Origin: Planctomycetota bacterium | GTDB taxonomy: Bacteria > Planctomycetota > SZUA-567 > H5-PLA8 | Assembly: GCA_045863855.1 (NCBI GenBank) | Contig: BTVV01000009.1 | Coordinates: forward strand, 1 to 64,000 | Length of the DNA: 64,000 nucleotides | Direction of reading: 5' to 3' | Shown: piece after piece, positions 18,723 through 27,632 of the stretch | Numbering within the stretch: position 1 is the stretch's first letter | How the letters are laid out: each line of letters begins with the position of its first letter | Notes under the pieces: model-generated | The model's input: only the letters and a program-made list of their open reading frames with translations | Told to the model about the DNA's origin: nothing | Databases searched by the model: none | Program-made: the position numbers and the translations under genes

Positions 18723-19403
18723 ATGGAAATTCGACCTCCGTTGATTCAGGTAGCGCTGGATTTCGCGACCGTCGAAGAGTCTTTGCCGGTGGCGGAAGCC
18801 GCGGTGAAGGCGGGCTGCGACTGGCTGGAAGCGGGCACGCCGCTGATCGTGGCGCAGGGCGTGAAGGCGATCGGCGCGATCGCGAAGGCGTTCCCGACGA
18901 TGCCGGTTCTGGCCGACTACAAGGCTATGGACAGCGGCGGAAAGCACGTGCTGGTGACGCAGCAGCAAGGCGCGCACATCATGACGGTCTGCGCGGGCGC
19001 GGCGGATGAGACGGTGAAGGCCGCGGTGAAGGCGGGCAAAGAGACGGGCATCCTGGTTTGCGCGGATACGATCGGCGTGAAGGATCAAGTGAAGCGCGCC
19101 AAGGAACTTGAAGCGCTGGGCGTGGACATGATTTACTTGCACTTTGCGGCGGATGAGCGGCGCGCGTTTCCTTCACGCGATACGGTTCCGTGGGTCGCGT
19201 CTGTGCTGGAGGCGGTGGATATCCCGGTGGGTGTGGCGACGTTCGAGATCGAGGACGCGGTGGCGGCGGCGAAGTTGGGCGCGGACCACTTCTCGATCGG
19301 ACATCCGATCGTAAGCAGCGAGCATACGTACGAGAAGCTGAAGCGGTACATCGATGCGGTTCGCGCGGCCCACACGCCGCGCCGCCGTGCCGCTCGAGTC
19401 TAA
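18723..19403 (+). CDS. 3-hexulose-6-phosphate synthase-like protein (HPS/KGPDC, OMP-decarboxylase superfamily)
   Basis: RBS AAGGAG; IQVALD, LEAGTP, DYKAMD (DxKxxD), YLH motifs. Confidence 0.8.
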   Translation: MEIRPPLIQVALDFATVEESLPVAEAAVKAGCDWLEAGTPLIVAQGVKAIGAIAKAFPTMPVLADYKAMDSGGKHVLVTQQQGAHIMTVCAGAADETVKAAVKAGKETGILVCADTIGVKDQVKRAKELEALGVDMIYLHFAADERRAFPSRDTVPWVASVLEAVDIPVGVATFEIEDAVAAAKLGADHFSIGHPIVSSEHTYEKLKRYIDAVRAAHTPRRRAARV

Positions 19404-19414
19404 ATCGGATGCGA

Positions 19415-19460
19415 ACGCGCGCGGCCCGGCACTCCTTGGCCGGGTCGCGCGCGTAATTTT
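19415..19460 (+). terminator. Probable intrinsic terminator
   Basis: 16-bp stem ACGCGCGCGGCCCGGC / GCCGGGTCGCGCGCGT (one G-U pair) followed by AATTTT, just after the stop at 19403. Confidence 0.65.
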
Positions 19461-19781
19461 GAGATTACCCAAAGCAATAAATCATATAACTCTCCAAAAA
19501 ACACTGGACCTATTAGCTCTGAATTCGGTTGGAATTTGCGCAGTAGTGCGTAGTCATTTGCAACACGAAATGCGCATTTTGGCCCAATAAGCCTGCATTT
19601 AGCCTGTTGGGCCGCCAGCTAGCCCGTCTAGCGCTTGTTGTCGCGTGGCAATTTAGATATGAAACAAGTGTAAATCGGGCGGGCGTGCCGCCGATACGGC
19701 CTCAATTCGATTGGGCCGATCAGAGGCGATTTATAGCACATTGCGCTGTTCGCACCGGTGCAACTTGGAGACAGGGACATC

Positions 19782-20435
19782 ATGAAGAGCAAAGTTCGTT
19801 CGGGACATGCCAAAAAGGGGCCGAAACTGGAATTGAAGGTGGACGCCAGGCAGGCTCGTAAAATGGGCATCGACGCCGACTCGAAGGGTCCTCCGAAGAC
19901 GTTGTCTCCCAATCAGGCCGGCCGCGTATTGGGCGTGACGGGCGAAGCGGTGAAGCGCTGGATCTACGATCGCCGGCTTCCGGCGACCAAGCTGACGAAC
20001 GGTTATTGGCGGATCAAAGTCGACGACCTGGAACGTTTCATCAAGTGCCGCGTGAGCGCGCCAAAGACACGGGTGCTGATTTACTCGTCCGATCCAGCAA
20101 CGTTGGAGACGTTGAGTTCGATCGTGGCTCACGAGGAACGCGAACTGCTGGTGGCCGGCAGTCTGCTCGACGCGCTGCTGAAATGTCAGGATGTGTACCC
20201 GAACATGATGCTGATCACGATGGACGGCGATGCGCAAGGTTGGAAGCTGATCGAACGCATCCGCCAGGCCGCTCATGTCCGTCCGGCTTCGGTTCTGCTC
20301 TTTTCGACCAAGGAACTGAGCGAGGCCGACTTGGATCGCGCGCTGGAGTTAAACGTTCAGGGCTACTTGCGTTTGCCCGTGGACAAAGATGCGCTGCTGA
20401 AGGAACTGGAGCGGTTGAGCCGCGGCAACACCTAG
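19782..20435 (+). CDS. Excisionase/MerR-like HTH DNA-binding protein with degenerate receiver domain
   Basis: LSPNQAGRVLGVTGEAVKRWI...GYWRI HTH; REC-like pattern (VLIYSSD, PNMMLIT, GYLRLP) without canonical D/K. Confidence 0.8.
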   Translation: MKSKVRSGHAKKGPKLELKVDARQARKMGIDADSKGPPKTLSPNQAGRVLGVTGEAVKRWIYDRRLPATKLTNGYWRIKVDDLERFIKCRVSAPKTRVLIYSSDPATLETLSSIVAHEERELLVAGSLLDALLKCQDVYPNMMLITMDGDAQGWKLIERIRQAAHVRPASVLLFSTKELSEADLDRALELNVQGYLRLPVDKDALLKELERLSRGNT

Positions 20436-20481
20436 TCTCCGGCCGCGAATTTACCCCACAAAAACCGCATTTATTGGAGCG

Positions 20482-22968
20482 CTATCGGGGGCCGATGCGT
20501 CTCGCTTGGCTGCGCCGGCCGAGACTGGGAAGCGGACCTTTTTTACCCTTCTTGCCGTAGATGCGCTGGCGGATTTTATGCCGTTTAAGCGCCAGCAGCC
20601 CCTGCCGGTCGCCGATATTCAGAAGCGCTTCGCCGACACGGTGGCATAGAAACGGGTTGGCGACGAGTCTCACCAAGGCCGGTACGGCCTCGCGGATCTT
20701 GTGCTCGCCCAGCGTGCGCACGACGGCCTCGCGGACGCTTACATCCCCGTATTCGATCATCTCCAACAAACGTTCCAGAACTTCGGGGCGCGCGGCGAAC
20801 TTGCCGAGCGCCACGACGGCGCCGCACTGCACCTCGTAATCCTTGTCCCGAGTGGCTTCGAGCAGCGGTTCGACGACGGCGGGGCTGTCCATACCCAACA
20901 GCGTGGCGACGGCCTCCTGGCGCAGGTGTTCGTCGCCGCCGGCATCGCGGAGTTGCAGCAAGCGTTCGTATACGGCCGGATGCTTGGCGAATTTGGCGAG
21001 CGCTTGGAGCGCGCCGCGCTGGACGTCGGGGTCTGGATCGCGGCTGGCCAGCAGGAGCGGCTCGATCATTTCGGGCGAGTCGAGTTCCTTCAGGCCGCGC
21101 AGGGCGAAGCGTTTGACGGAGGCGAAGGGCTGGCGCAGCGCACTAAGCAGGAAGCGCAAGCTCTTGTGTTCGGGGTAGCGCTTGAGAAACGGCTCGAGCT
21201 GCTCGCGCTGCCCGCCGCATTCGTCGAGCGCGCGTACGAGGGGCACGAGCCCGCGCGGGTCTTTCGCTTCGGCGAGGACCTCGACGACGCGGCGGAGGAC
21301 GTCGGGGTCGTCGGTGTCGGCGAGCATGGCGAGTCCCTGGCGCGCGCGCGGGCTTTGGGTGCTGGCGCGGCGCAAGGCTTCGGCCGCGGCGCGGCGCACG
21401 ACGGCGCTGGGGTGGCGCGCAGCCGCCACGAGACATTCGATGTAGCCGGGAGGCGCGGAGGCCGCGAGGGCTTCGACGAGCGCGGCGAGTTCGGCGGCTT
21501 CCCAGTCGAGGAGCGCGCGCGACCGCGCGGCTTGGCGCCCGCCGGGTTGGAAACCGGCGGCCAGGAGGTCTTCGAGCGTGCGTTTGTAGGCGGAGGCCAG
21601 TCCGGGCAGGACGATCTCGCGCGCCAGCAGCGCCCGCAGGGCGGCGATGCGGACGGCCGGATCTTCGTGGCGCGCGGCGCGCACCAGCGCGCGCCCGGCA
21701 TCTAGGCTTTCGGGGAGTTCGACGAGGCGCGCGGCGGCGAGTGCGCGCAGCGCGGGATCGGCGTCGGCGGTGGCGCGCGACCAGAGTCGCGCGGCGTCTT
21801 CGGGCAGGAGTTCGGCGAGCGCGGTGCAGGCGGCGCGGCGCAGATCGGGTTCGGCGTTGTCGAGGAAGCGGCGGACCCAGCGCAGGGCGCGGGTTCCGGC
21901 GCGGCCGAGGGCTTCGAGCGCTTGGCGCCGGACGTCGGCGTATGGGTGGTTGAGCAGCGTAGCGAGAACGGCGCCGGGATCGGCGGCGTCGTGGCGTTCG
22001 AGCGCGGCGACGGCTTCGGCGCGCAGATCCGGATCGGAATCGTGGGTCAGGCGCTGGAGGCGTCGGATCGCCCCCGCGTTCCCGGCGGGCTGAACGGCTT
22101 CGGCGGCGACGAGGGCGCGGCGTAGCCAGAGCGGTGACTCGGAACCCGCCTTGGGAGCGGCCGGTTCGGCGGCTGCCCAGCGGACCAGTTCGTCGCGCGG
22201 CCGCGCGCCGGCGCGGAGGAGGAGTTCGAGGAGTGCCGGCGGGTCGGGAGCCGGCCAATCTTGCGGATAGCCGGCGCAAGCGGAAACGATCGATGCGTGC
22301 ATGCGTTGCGCGCCGAGCCGGCGCAGTTCGTCTGCGCCGGCCTGCGCGGCTTCTCCGTTCGCGTACTCGGCGGCCCACGCGGCGGCGGCGAGTCCCAGGA
22401 GCTCGTGGTGGCGTGGCAACGCCTTGAGCGCCTCGGCTTGCAGCCGTGTATCGGCGCCGCGCAGATTGGCGAAAAGTCCTTCGATACAGGCCGGATCGGG
22501 GAAGCGCGCGGCGAGCCGGACGGCCTGGGCGCGGACGGCCGGATCGGCGTCGGCGAGGCCGCGTTGCGCGGCTTCGGCGGCGGGTTGGTTGAGAATAAGG
22601 ATGCGCGTCAGCGCACGGCGGCGCAGGCTGGCGTCGGGGTCGGCGAGCCAGAGCCCCAGCAGGAGCGCGGCGTGGGGTGGATGGAGCTGCCCCGCACGGT
22701 CGAGAGCGGCATCGCGCAACCGGGCGTCGGCATCTTCGGCGATGCGTTTCCAAAAGGGCCGGAAAGATTCGGATTGCGGGGCGGGATGGGCGGCGAGGGC
22801 GTCGAGCGCCGCCGCACGCGCGGCCGCCGTGTCCATATTGGCCAAGGCGTGCAGGCATTGAACGGCAGCGGCTACCTCGAGATGCGCGAAGGCGAGGCGT
22901 GCGTCCGCAGCTCCGCCGGGCTCAAGCAGCGCGGCGGCGAGGGCGGCGGGTTCGCGGGGCGCGGGCAT
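20482..22968 (-). CDS. HEAT-repeat (PBS lyase-like) protein
   Basis: Many D.D..VR..A..AL units (DADPAVRAQAV, DSDPDLRAEAV, HPYADVRRQAL, DPDPDVQRGAL); basic C-terminal tail. Confidence 0.9.
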   Translation of the reverse strand: MPAPREPAALAAALLEPGGAADARLAFAHLEVAAAVQCLHALANMDTAAARAAALDALAAHPAPQSESFRPFWKRIAEDADARLRDAALDRAGQLHPPHAALLLGLWLADPDASLRRRALTRILILNQPAAEAAQRGLADADPAVRAQAVRLAARFPDPACIEGLFANLRGADTRLQAEALKALPRHHELLGLAAAAWAAEYANGEAAQAGADELRRLGAQRMHASIVSACAGYPQDWPAPDPPALLELLLRAGARPRDELVRWAAAEPAAPKAGSESPLWLRRALVAAEAVQPAGNAGAIRRLQRLTHDSDPDLRAEAVAALERHDAADPGAVLATLLNHPYADVRRQALEALGRAGTRALRWVRRFLDNAEPDLRRAACTALAELLPEDAARLWSRATADADPALRALAAARLVELPESLDAGRALVRAARHEDPAVRIAALRALLAREIVLPGLASAYKRTLEDLLAAGFQPGGRQAARSRALLDWEAAELAALVEALAASAPPGYIECLVAAARHPSAVVRRAAAEALRRASTQSPRARQGLAMLADTDDPDVLRRVVEVLAEAKDPRGLVPLVRALDECGGQREQLEPFLKRYPEHKSLRFLLSALRQPFASVKRFALRGLKELDSPEMIEPLLLASRDPDPDVQRGALQALAKFAKHPAVYERLLQLRDAGGDEHLRQEAVATLLGMDSPAVVEPLLEATRDKDYEVQCGAVVALGKFAARPEVLERLLEMIEYGDVSVREAVVRTLGEHKIREAVPALVRLVANPFLCHRVGEALLNIGDRQGLLALKRHKIRQRIYGKKGKKGPLPSLGRRSQARRIGPR

Positions 22969-22972
22969 GGCC

Positions 22973-24904
22973 TTAGCCGGCGCTCCAATTTTGAATCGTA
23001 CGGATGCGTTCGCGCAGCAGGTGGGGATCCGCGAGCCGCTTTCCGGCGTCGGTTTGAAGCAGATCCAGACAGAGCGCGTCGAGCGCCGAGCTGAGTTCGG
23101 GGCGGCGCTTGGAGGGCGGTTCGACCTGACTGCTTAAGGTGAGCCGGCGAGTGACACCCAAGTCGGGGGTGCCGAAGAGCCGCGATCCGGTGAGCATTTC
23201 GTAGCAGACGACGCCTAAGGCATAATAGTCGGCGGCAGGGCCGGGAGATTGCCGTCCTTCGTCGAGCTGTTCAGGCGCGGCGTAGGGCAGCGTTCCGCCG
23301 TGGTGGCGTTCGACCCGGCGCGAATCGCGTTTCCGTCCGGCGCTCGCGTGGGCTTCGCCGGCGCGGAACCAATCGGCCATGGTGAAATCGGTGAGCAAGA
23401 TGCTGGGCTCGCCCAAGGCTTCGGCGGGCGGGAGCGACGCGCTCAGGCGCAGCAGGATGTTGCCGGGTTTGACGTCGAGGTGCACGACGCCTCGTGAGTG
23501 CGCGTAAGCGAGGGCTTCGACCGCTTGCGTGAGTACGCTGAGCGCGAAAGCGGCAGGAAGCGCGCCACGTCGCGCGATGAGCCGGTCGAGGGACGGTCCT
23601 TCGACGAGGGGCATGATCAGAAAAGGGCTGCCTTGCTGGATGCCGAAATCGAAAATCGGGACGATGTGGGGATGGTTCAGGCGCGCGGCGACTTGGGCTT
23701 CATGGCGGAAGAGCGCAAGCATTTCCTGGTCGGTGTGGAAGCTGGCCTGGAGCACCTTCAGCGCCACGTCGCGGTCGAGGACGGTATCGTAGGCGTGGTA
23801 GACGACACCCTGTCCGCCGGAACCGATCTCGCGGAGCAGTTGGTAGCGCCCGAAATCGGCCACCGGCGCGACATCCTGTGTGGCGTCTTCGTCGAAGGGT
23901 TCGTCGCGGCTGGAAGGCGGCCGCGGGGGCGGCGCGCCCTCCAGCCGGGGAACGGCCGGGTAACGCGCGGAAGACTCGATACCGGAGGGGTTGGCGCGGA
24001 CGGTCTGCGCATCGCCGCGGACTTCCTGCCATGCTTCGCGAAGGTCTTCGAGCATCGCGGCGCCGTCGGGGTAGCGCTTGGCCGGGTCGGCTTGAAGGGC
24101 GCGGTGAACGGTCCGGCGCAGGGCCGGTCCGAGATCGGGGCGCTCGGATTCGGGCGGGACATAGACGGAGCCGCGAATTTTTTCGAAGAGGAGCGTGCGG
24201 CGTTCGGCACGGGTCTTGCCCTGCCAAGCCTGATCTAGGAACGGGTGCTTGCCGGTGAGCGCTTGGTACAAGATCACACCGAGCGCGAAGCAATCGGAAT
24301 GCGGGCCGGTGGCCTCTCCGCGGGTCTGCTCGGGCGCCATGTAGAGCGGCGTGCCGAGCGTAAAGCCGCTGCGCGTGAGCGTGCTCAAATCGCGCAAGTG
24401 CGCGAGCCCGAAGTCGCTGAGAAACGCGACGCCATCCTGGAGCAGGATGTTGGTCGGCTTAAGGTCGCGGTGAACGATGCCTTCGGCGTGTGCGTAAGCG
24501 AGGGCGCGGCCGATCTGGTACGCCCATTCGACGGCGGTCCGCCGGCCGATCCCGCTCTGCATGGCCGACGCGAGGGTGCCACCGGCGATAAGCCGCATGG
24601 CGAAGAAGTAATAGGGTTCTTCGTCTCCGGCGGCGTAAATCGGGACGATGTGCGGATGTTCGAGCTTGGCCAATGCGGCAGCTTCGCGCAGAAAGCGGCG
24701 GATATTCTCGCCGGGCGTGAACAGATTTTCTTCGAGGACTTTTAAGGCAACGGAACGACCGAGCGAGATTTGCTTCGCGCGGTAGACCCGGGCCATGCTG
24801 CCCTGTCCGAGATCGGACTCGATCTCGAAGTCGCCGAGGGTTCGGCCGAGCAGCTTGGCGGGCATATCCGCGGTCCCCGAGCTTAAGATATGATTCCATG
24901 TCAT
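22973..24904 (-). CDS. Soluble Ser/Thr protein kinase with two tandem kinase domains
   Basis: Domain 1: GQGSMA, VALK, HRDLKPTN, DFG, YMAPE. Domain 2: GSGGQG, VALK, HLDVKPGN, DFT, YAAPE. Start may be 24865. Confidence 0.92.
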   Translation of the reverse strand: MTWNHILSSGTADMPAKLLGRTLGDFEIESDLGQGSMARVYRAKQISLGRSVALKVLEENLFTPGENIRRFLREAAALAKLEHPHIVPIYAAGDEEPYYFFAMRLIAGGTLASAMQSGIGRRTAVEWAYQIGRALAYAHAEGIVHRDLKPTNILLQDGVAFLSDFGLAHLRDLSTLTRSGFTLGTPLYMAPEQTRGEATGPHSDCFALGVILYQALTGKHPFLDQAWQGKTRAERRTLLFEKIRGSVYVPPESERPDLGPALRRTVHRALQADPAKRYPDGAAMLEDLREAWQEVRGDAQTVRANPSGIESSARYPAVPRLEGAPPPRPPSSRDEPFDEDATQDVAPVADFGRYQLLREIGSGGQGVVYHAYDTVLDRDVALKVLQASFHTDQEMLALFRHEAQVAARLNHPHIVPIFDFGIQQGSPFLIMPLVEGPSLDRLIARRGALPAAFALSVLTQAVEALAYAHSRGVVHLDVKPGNILLRLSASLPPAEALGEPSILLTDFTMADWFRAGEAHASAGRKRDSRRVERHHGGTLPYAAPEQLDEGRQSPGPAADYYALGVVCYEMLTGSRLFGTPDLGVTRRLTLSSQVEPPSKRRPELSSALDALCLDLLQTDAGKRLADPHLLRERIRTIQNWSAG

Positions 24905-25103
24905 TCTACCGGTCCTGGCGGAATGCCGAAAGGCGCAAGCGAGGCTCGCCTCCGAATTCGGCTGTATTTAGCGCGCCAGGCGGGAAAGATTTCGAGCGCA
25001 CGAGTTCAATTTCGACACGCACGGGTGCAAGCACGAACATTTGGGCATTCCGGCGATACGAAAGTGCGCGTATCCTGTAGAGGTGGTTCGAGGAGGAGTG
25101 GGT

Positions 25104-25526
25104 ATGTCAAACAAAGACGAACACGAAGCGCCTGAATTGGTGAGCCCCGAAGAGGGACTGGGCACCCTGATGGCGCAGATGACGCGGAAATGGGTGGATC
25201 GGATCGTGGGCACGCTGCGCGTACAACGCGCGCGCGGGGCGAATTTCGCGGCCTTGAATCGGTCGCTGCAGGCGGGCCTTCCGAACTTCGACGCGCATTC
25301 CAGACAACGGCTGTTGGATCTGGCCGGCGAACTACCGATTCCCGACGATTTCACGCCCGAGACGGTCTCGAAAGCCGAGCAACCCAAGCCGAATACGATT
25401 CATCTGAGCGTGACGCAGCCGCCCGCCGCCGATTTGGGGCCGTACAGTCTGGTCCGCTATCAAGGCACCGAATGGCTGGTGGCGGAGCAGACGGGCGCAA
25501 AATGGACCTTGAAGCTGCTGGAATAA
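25104..25526 (+). CDS. Hypothetical protein (about 140 aa)
   Basis: Strong RBS AGGAGG before ATG 25104; host-like codon usage; no motif recognised. Confidence 0.7.
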   Translation: MSNKDEHEAPELVSPEEGLGTLMAQMTRKWVDRIVGTLRVQRARGANFAALNRSLQAGLPNFDAHSRQRLLDLAGELPIPDDFTPETVSKAEQPKPNTIHLSVTQPPAADLGPYSLVRYQGTEWLVAEQTGAKWTLKLLE

Positions 25527-25589
25527 CCGCCGATTCGGACTTGAGACGGGGTTCGGGTTTCCAGCCGCTACGCGTAAAGGGAGCCGTGC

Positions 25590-26930
25590 ATGGCCAAGAA
25601 CGATTCAAGTTCGGCAGGACAATCGGTGCGACGGGGCGCGTTGTCGGAATTTTCGGAAGCTCAGGCAGCGGATTTCGTAAAGAGCCTGATTCCTGCACTT
25701 CCGCAGGAGGAAGTTTCCGAACGCAGCGAGAACGTGCCGCCGCTGGCGATCGTGGAAGGCGACTCGCCGGTGGTGCAGATGGTGAACGCGATCCTGATTC
25801 AGGCGTTGAAGAGCCGTGCGAGCGATATTCACATCGAGCCGTATCCGGACGCGGTGCGGGTGCGCTTTCGCGTGGACGGCAGTCTGGTGACGGCGCATGA
25901 ACTGCCGCACGCGGCGCAGTCGGGGGTGATCAGCCGGCTGAAGGTGATGGCGAGCCTGGATATCGCCGAGAAGCGCTTCCCGCAGGACGGACGGATTAAA
26001 CTTGGTCTGCCCGAGAAAGGAAGCAGTATCGATTTCCGGATGAGCACGCTGCCGAGCATCTTTGGGGAGAAAATCGTGCTGCGCGTTCTGGGCACGGGTC
26101 AACTTAAGGAAAGCGTGGATGAACTGGGGCTGACCGGCCAGCCGCATCGATACGTGAAAGAAGCTTTGCGCAACAGCTTTGGCATGATCGTCGTGACCGG
26201 CCCAACCGGGAGCGGCAAGACCACGACGCTGTATACGATGCTTCGGGAGCTGCGCAAACCCGACGTAAATATCGTGACTGCCGAAGATCCGGTGGAATAC
26301 AATCTTCCTGGAATTACCCAGGTTTCGGTGAAGCCGCAAATTGGCTTTACGTTCGATGTCGCCTTGAGAAGTTTCCTGCGGCAGGACCCGGATATCATCC
26401 TGGTAGGCGAGATGCGCGACTACGAGACGGCGGCAATCGCGATCAAAGCCGCACTGACGGGGCACTTGGTTTTCAGCACCGTGCATACGAACGACGCGCC
26501 GTCGACGGTGGTGCGGCTGGTGGATATGGGCATCGAGCCCTACCTGGTGGCGTCGGCAGTGAAACTGGTGGTGGCGCAACGCCTGGTTCGGCGCATCTGC
26601 GAACAGTGCAAGGAAGAGGTCGAAATCTCGACTGAAGAGCAGGAGAATCTGCACGAATCGACGCTGGCGGGGCTCGAGAAGACTTGCCGCGGGCGCGGCT
26701 GCGAAGCCTGCAATCGGACCGGATATCGGGGACGCGCGCCGGTTTACGAGGTGATGCCCATCAAGAGCAAAGACCTGAAGCGCGTGATTACCGAGGGCGG
26801 GACGGAAGTGATGGTCGCTCAGGTGGCCAAGCGCGAAGGCTTGCGGACGCTGAAGGACGAAGCCATGGCGCTGGTGAACGCGGGGGTGACATCGCTGGAG
26901 GAGGCGATGCAGATCATCGTGAGCGAGTGA
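25590..26930 (+). CDS. GspE/PilB family secretion/pilus ATPase lacking the N-terminal (MshEN/N1) domains
   Basis: ASDIHIEP, Walker A GPTGSGKTT, AEDPVEY, LRQDPDIILVGEMRD, STVHTND, Zn motif CEQC...CEAC. Confidence 0.93.
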   Translation: MAKNDSSSAGQSVRRGALSEFSEAQAADFVKSLIPALPQEEVSERSENVPPLAIVEGDSPVVQMVNAILIQALKSRASDIHIEPYPDAVRVRFRVDGSLVTAHELPHAAQSGVISRLKVMASLDIAEKRFPQDGRIKLGLPEKGSSIDFRMSTLPSIFGEKIVLRVLGTGQLKESVDELGLTGQPHRYVKEALRNSFGMIVVTGPTGSGKTTTLYTMLRELRKPDVNIVTAEDPVEYNLPGITQVSVKPQIGFTFDVALRSFLRQDPDIILVGEMRDYETAAIAIKAALTGHLVFSTVHTNDAPSTVVRLVDMGIEPYLVASAVKLVVAQRLVRRICEQCKEEVEISTEEQENLHESTLAGLEKTCRGRGCEACNRTGYRGRAPVYEVMPIKSKDLKRVITEGGTEVMVAQVAKREGLRTLKDEAMALVNAGVTSLEEAMQIIVSE

Positions 26931-27043
26931 GCCTAGACGCTAATTCGCCTAGGCCGATGGGCGGATAGGCCTCCCATAATTGCGTGTTTTTACAGTATAG
27001 GCGGAATTTAGCTGGATCGATCCTTCGTATCCATTAGGGGTTT

Positions 27044-27412
27044 ATGTCCATCGAAGCGCTGCATTCATGGAGCCGGTACGGCGCATACGTGTGTGCGGCG
27101 GCGGTAGGCATTCCTGGTATCCTGGCGACTGGGGCCATCGTTTGGGCCGCGGCGATGGGATTTGTGCGCTCCAGCGTGGGCGTGCAGCTATTTAGCGTGT
27201 ATCTATTCTCTTGTTTTGCGAGCCCGGTTTGCGGTCTAGCGGTCTTGGTTGCGAATGGTTTGATGCGCCGAGCGGCGCGGAAAGCCGACGCCGATGCGGA
27301 TTGGACGATTCTAAAGCGGACGACGTGGTGGGCCGTGGCGGCTTTGTTATCAGGAGTGGTGTGGTTATTCCTGCTTCCCTTCGTATTCTTCTCATTGGGT
27401 GGCAGCCGGTAG
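27044..27412 (+). CDS. Small 3-TM membrane protein of unknown function, atypical codon usage
   Basis: Three hydrophobic segments; many T/A-ending codons (CTA, TTA, TCA, TTT) unlike its neighbours. Confidence 0.55.
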   Translation: MSIEALHSWSRYGAYVCAAAVGIPGILATGAIVWAAAMGFVRSSVGVQLFSVYLFSCFASPVCGLAVLVANGLMRRAARKADADADWTILKRTTWWAVAALLSGVVWLFLLPFVFFSLGGSR

Positions 27413-27549
27413 CTTGCCTTGAATCCGCTTATTTTTAGATCGCATCGATAAGCCGAATTCGAGCGCCGATCGTCTCCCAGTTGCATCGAAATGCGGTTGT
27501 GGACGCATTGGGGTTTCGGCGATTCGAGCTTCTCGAGGACACCCGACTT

Positions 27550-27573
27550 GCGGGCGGGGACGCCCGCGATACC
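27550..27573. repeat. REP-like palindrome
   Basis: GCGGGCG-GGGA-CGCCCGC hairpin; the minus strand reads GGTATC-GCGGGCGTCCCCGCCCGC, a GTAG-like foot plus stem. Only one copy seen here. Confidence 0.4.
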
Positions 27574-27632
27574 TTTACAGCGCTTTTCGGCTCGACGTTT
27601 GGTCGGGCGAAACGGGTGCGAGGTACTAACGA

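Noticed and set aside
19782..20435. Prophage or ICE excisionase marking a mobile element
   Set aside because: The HTH is fused to a receiver-like domain; no integrase, att repeats, tRNA or phage genes are nearby.
25104..25589. Small ORF as a split-off MshEN N-terminus of the ATPase
   Set aside because: Same frame but separated by two stops (TAA, TGA); GLGTLM is too weak a match to RLGxxL to support the call.
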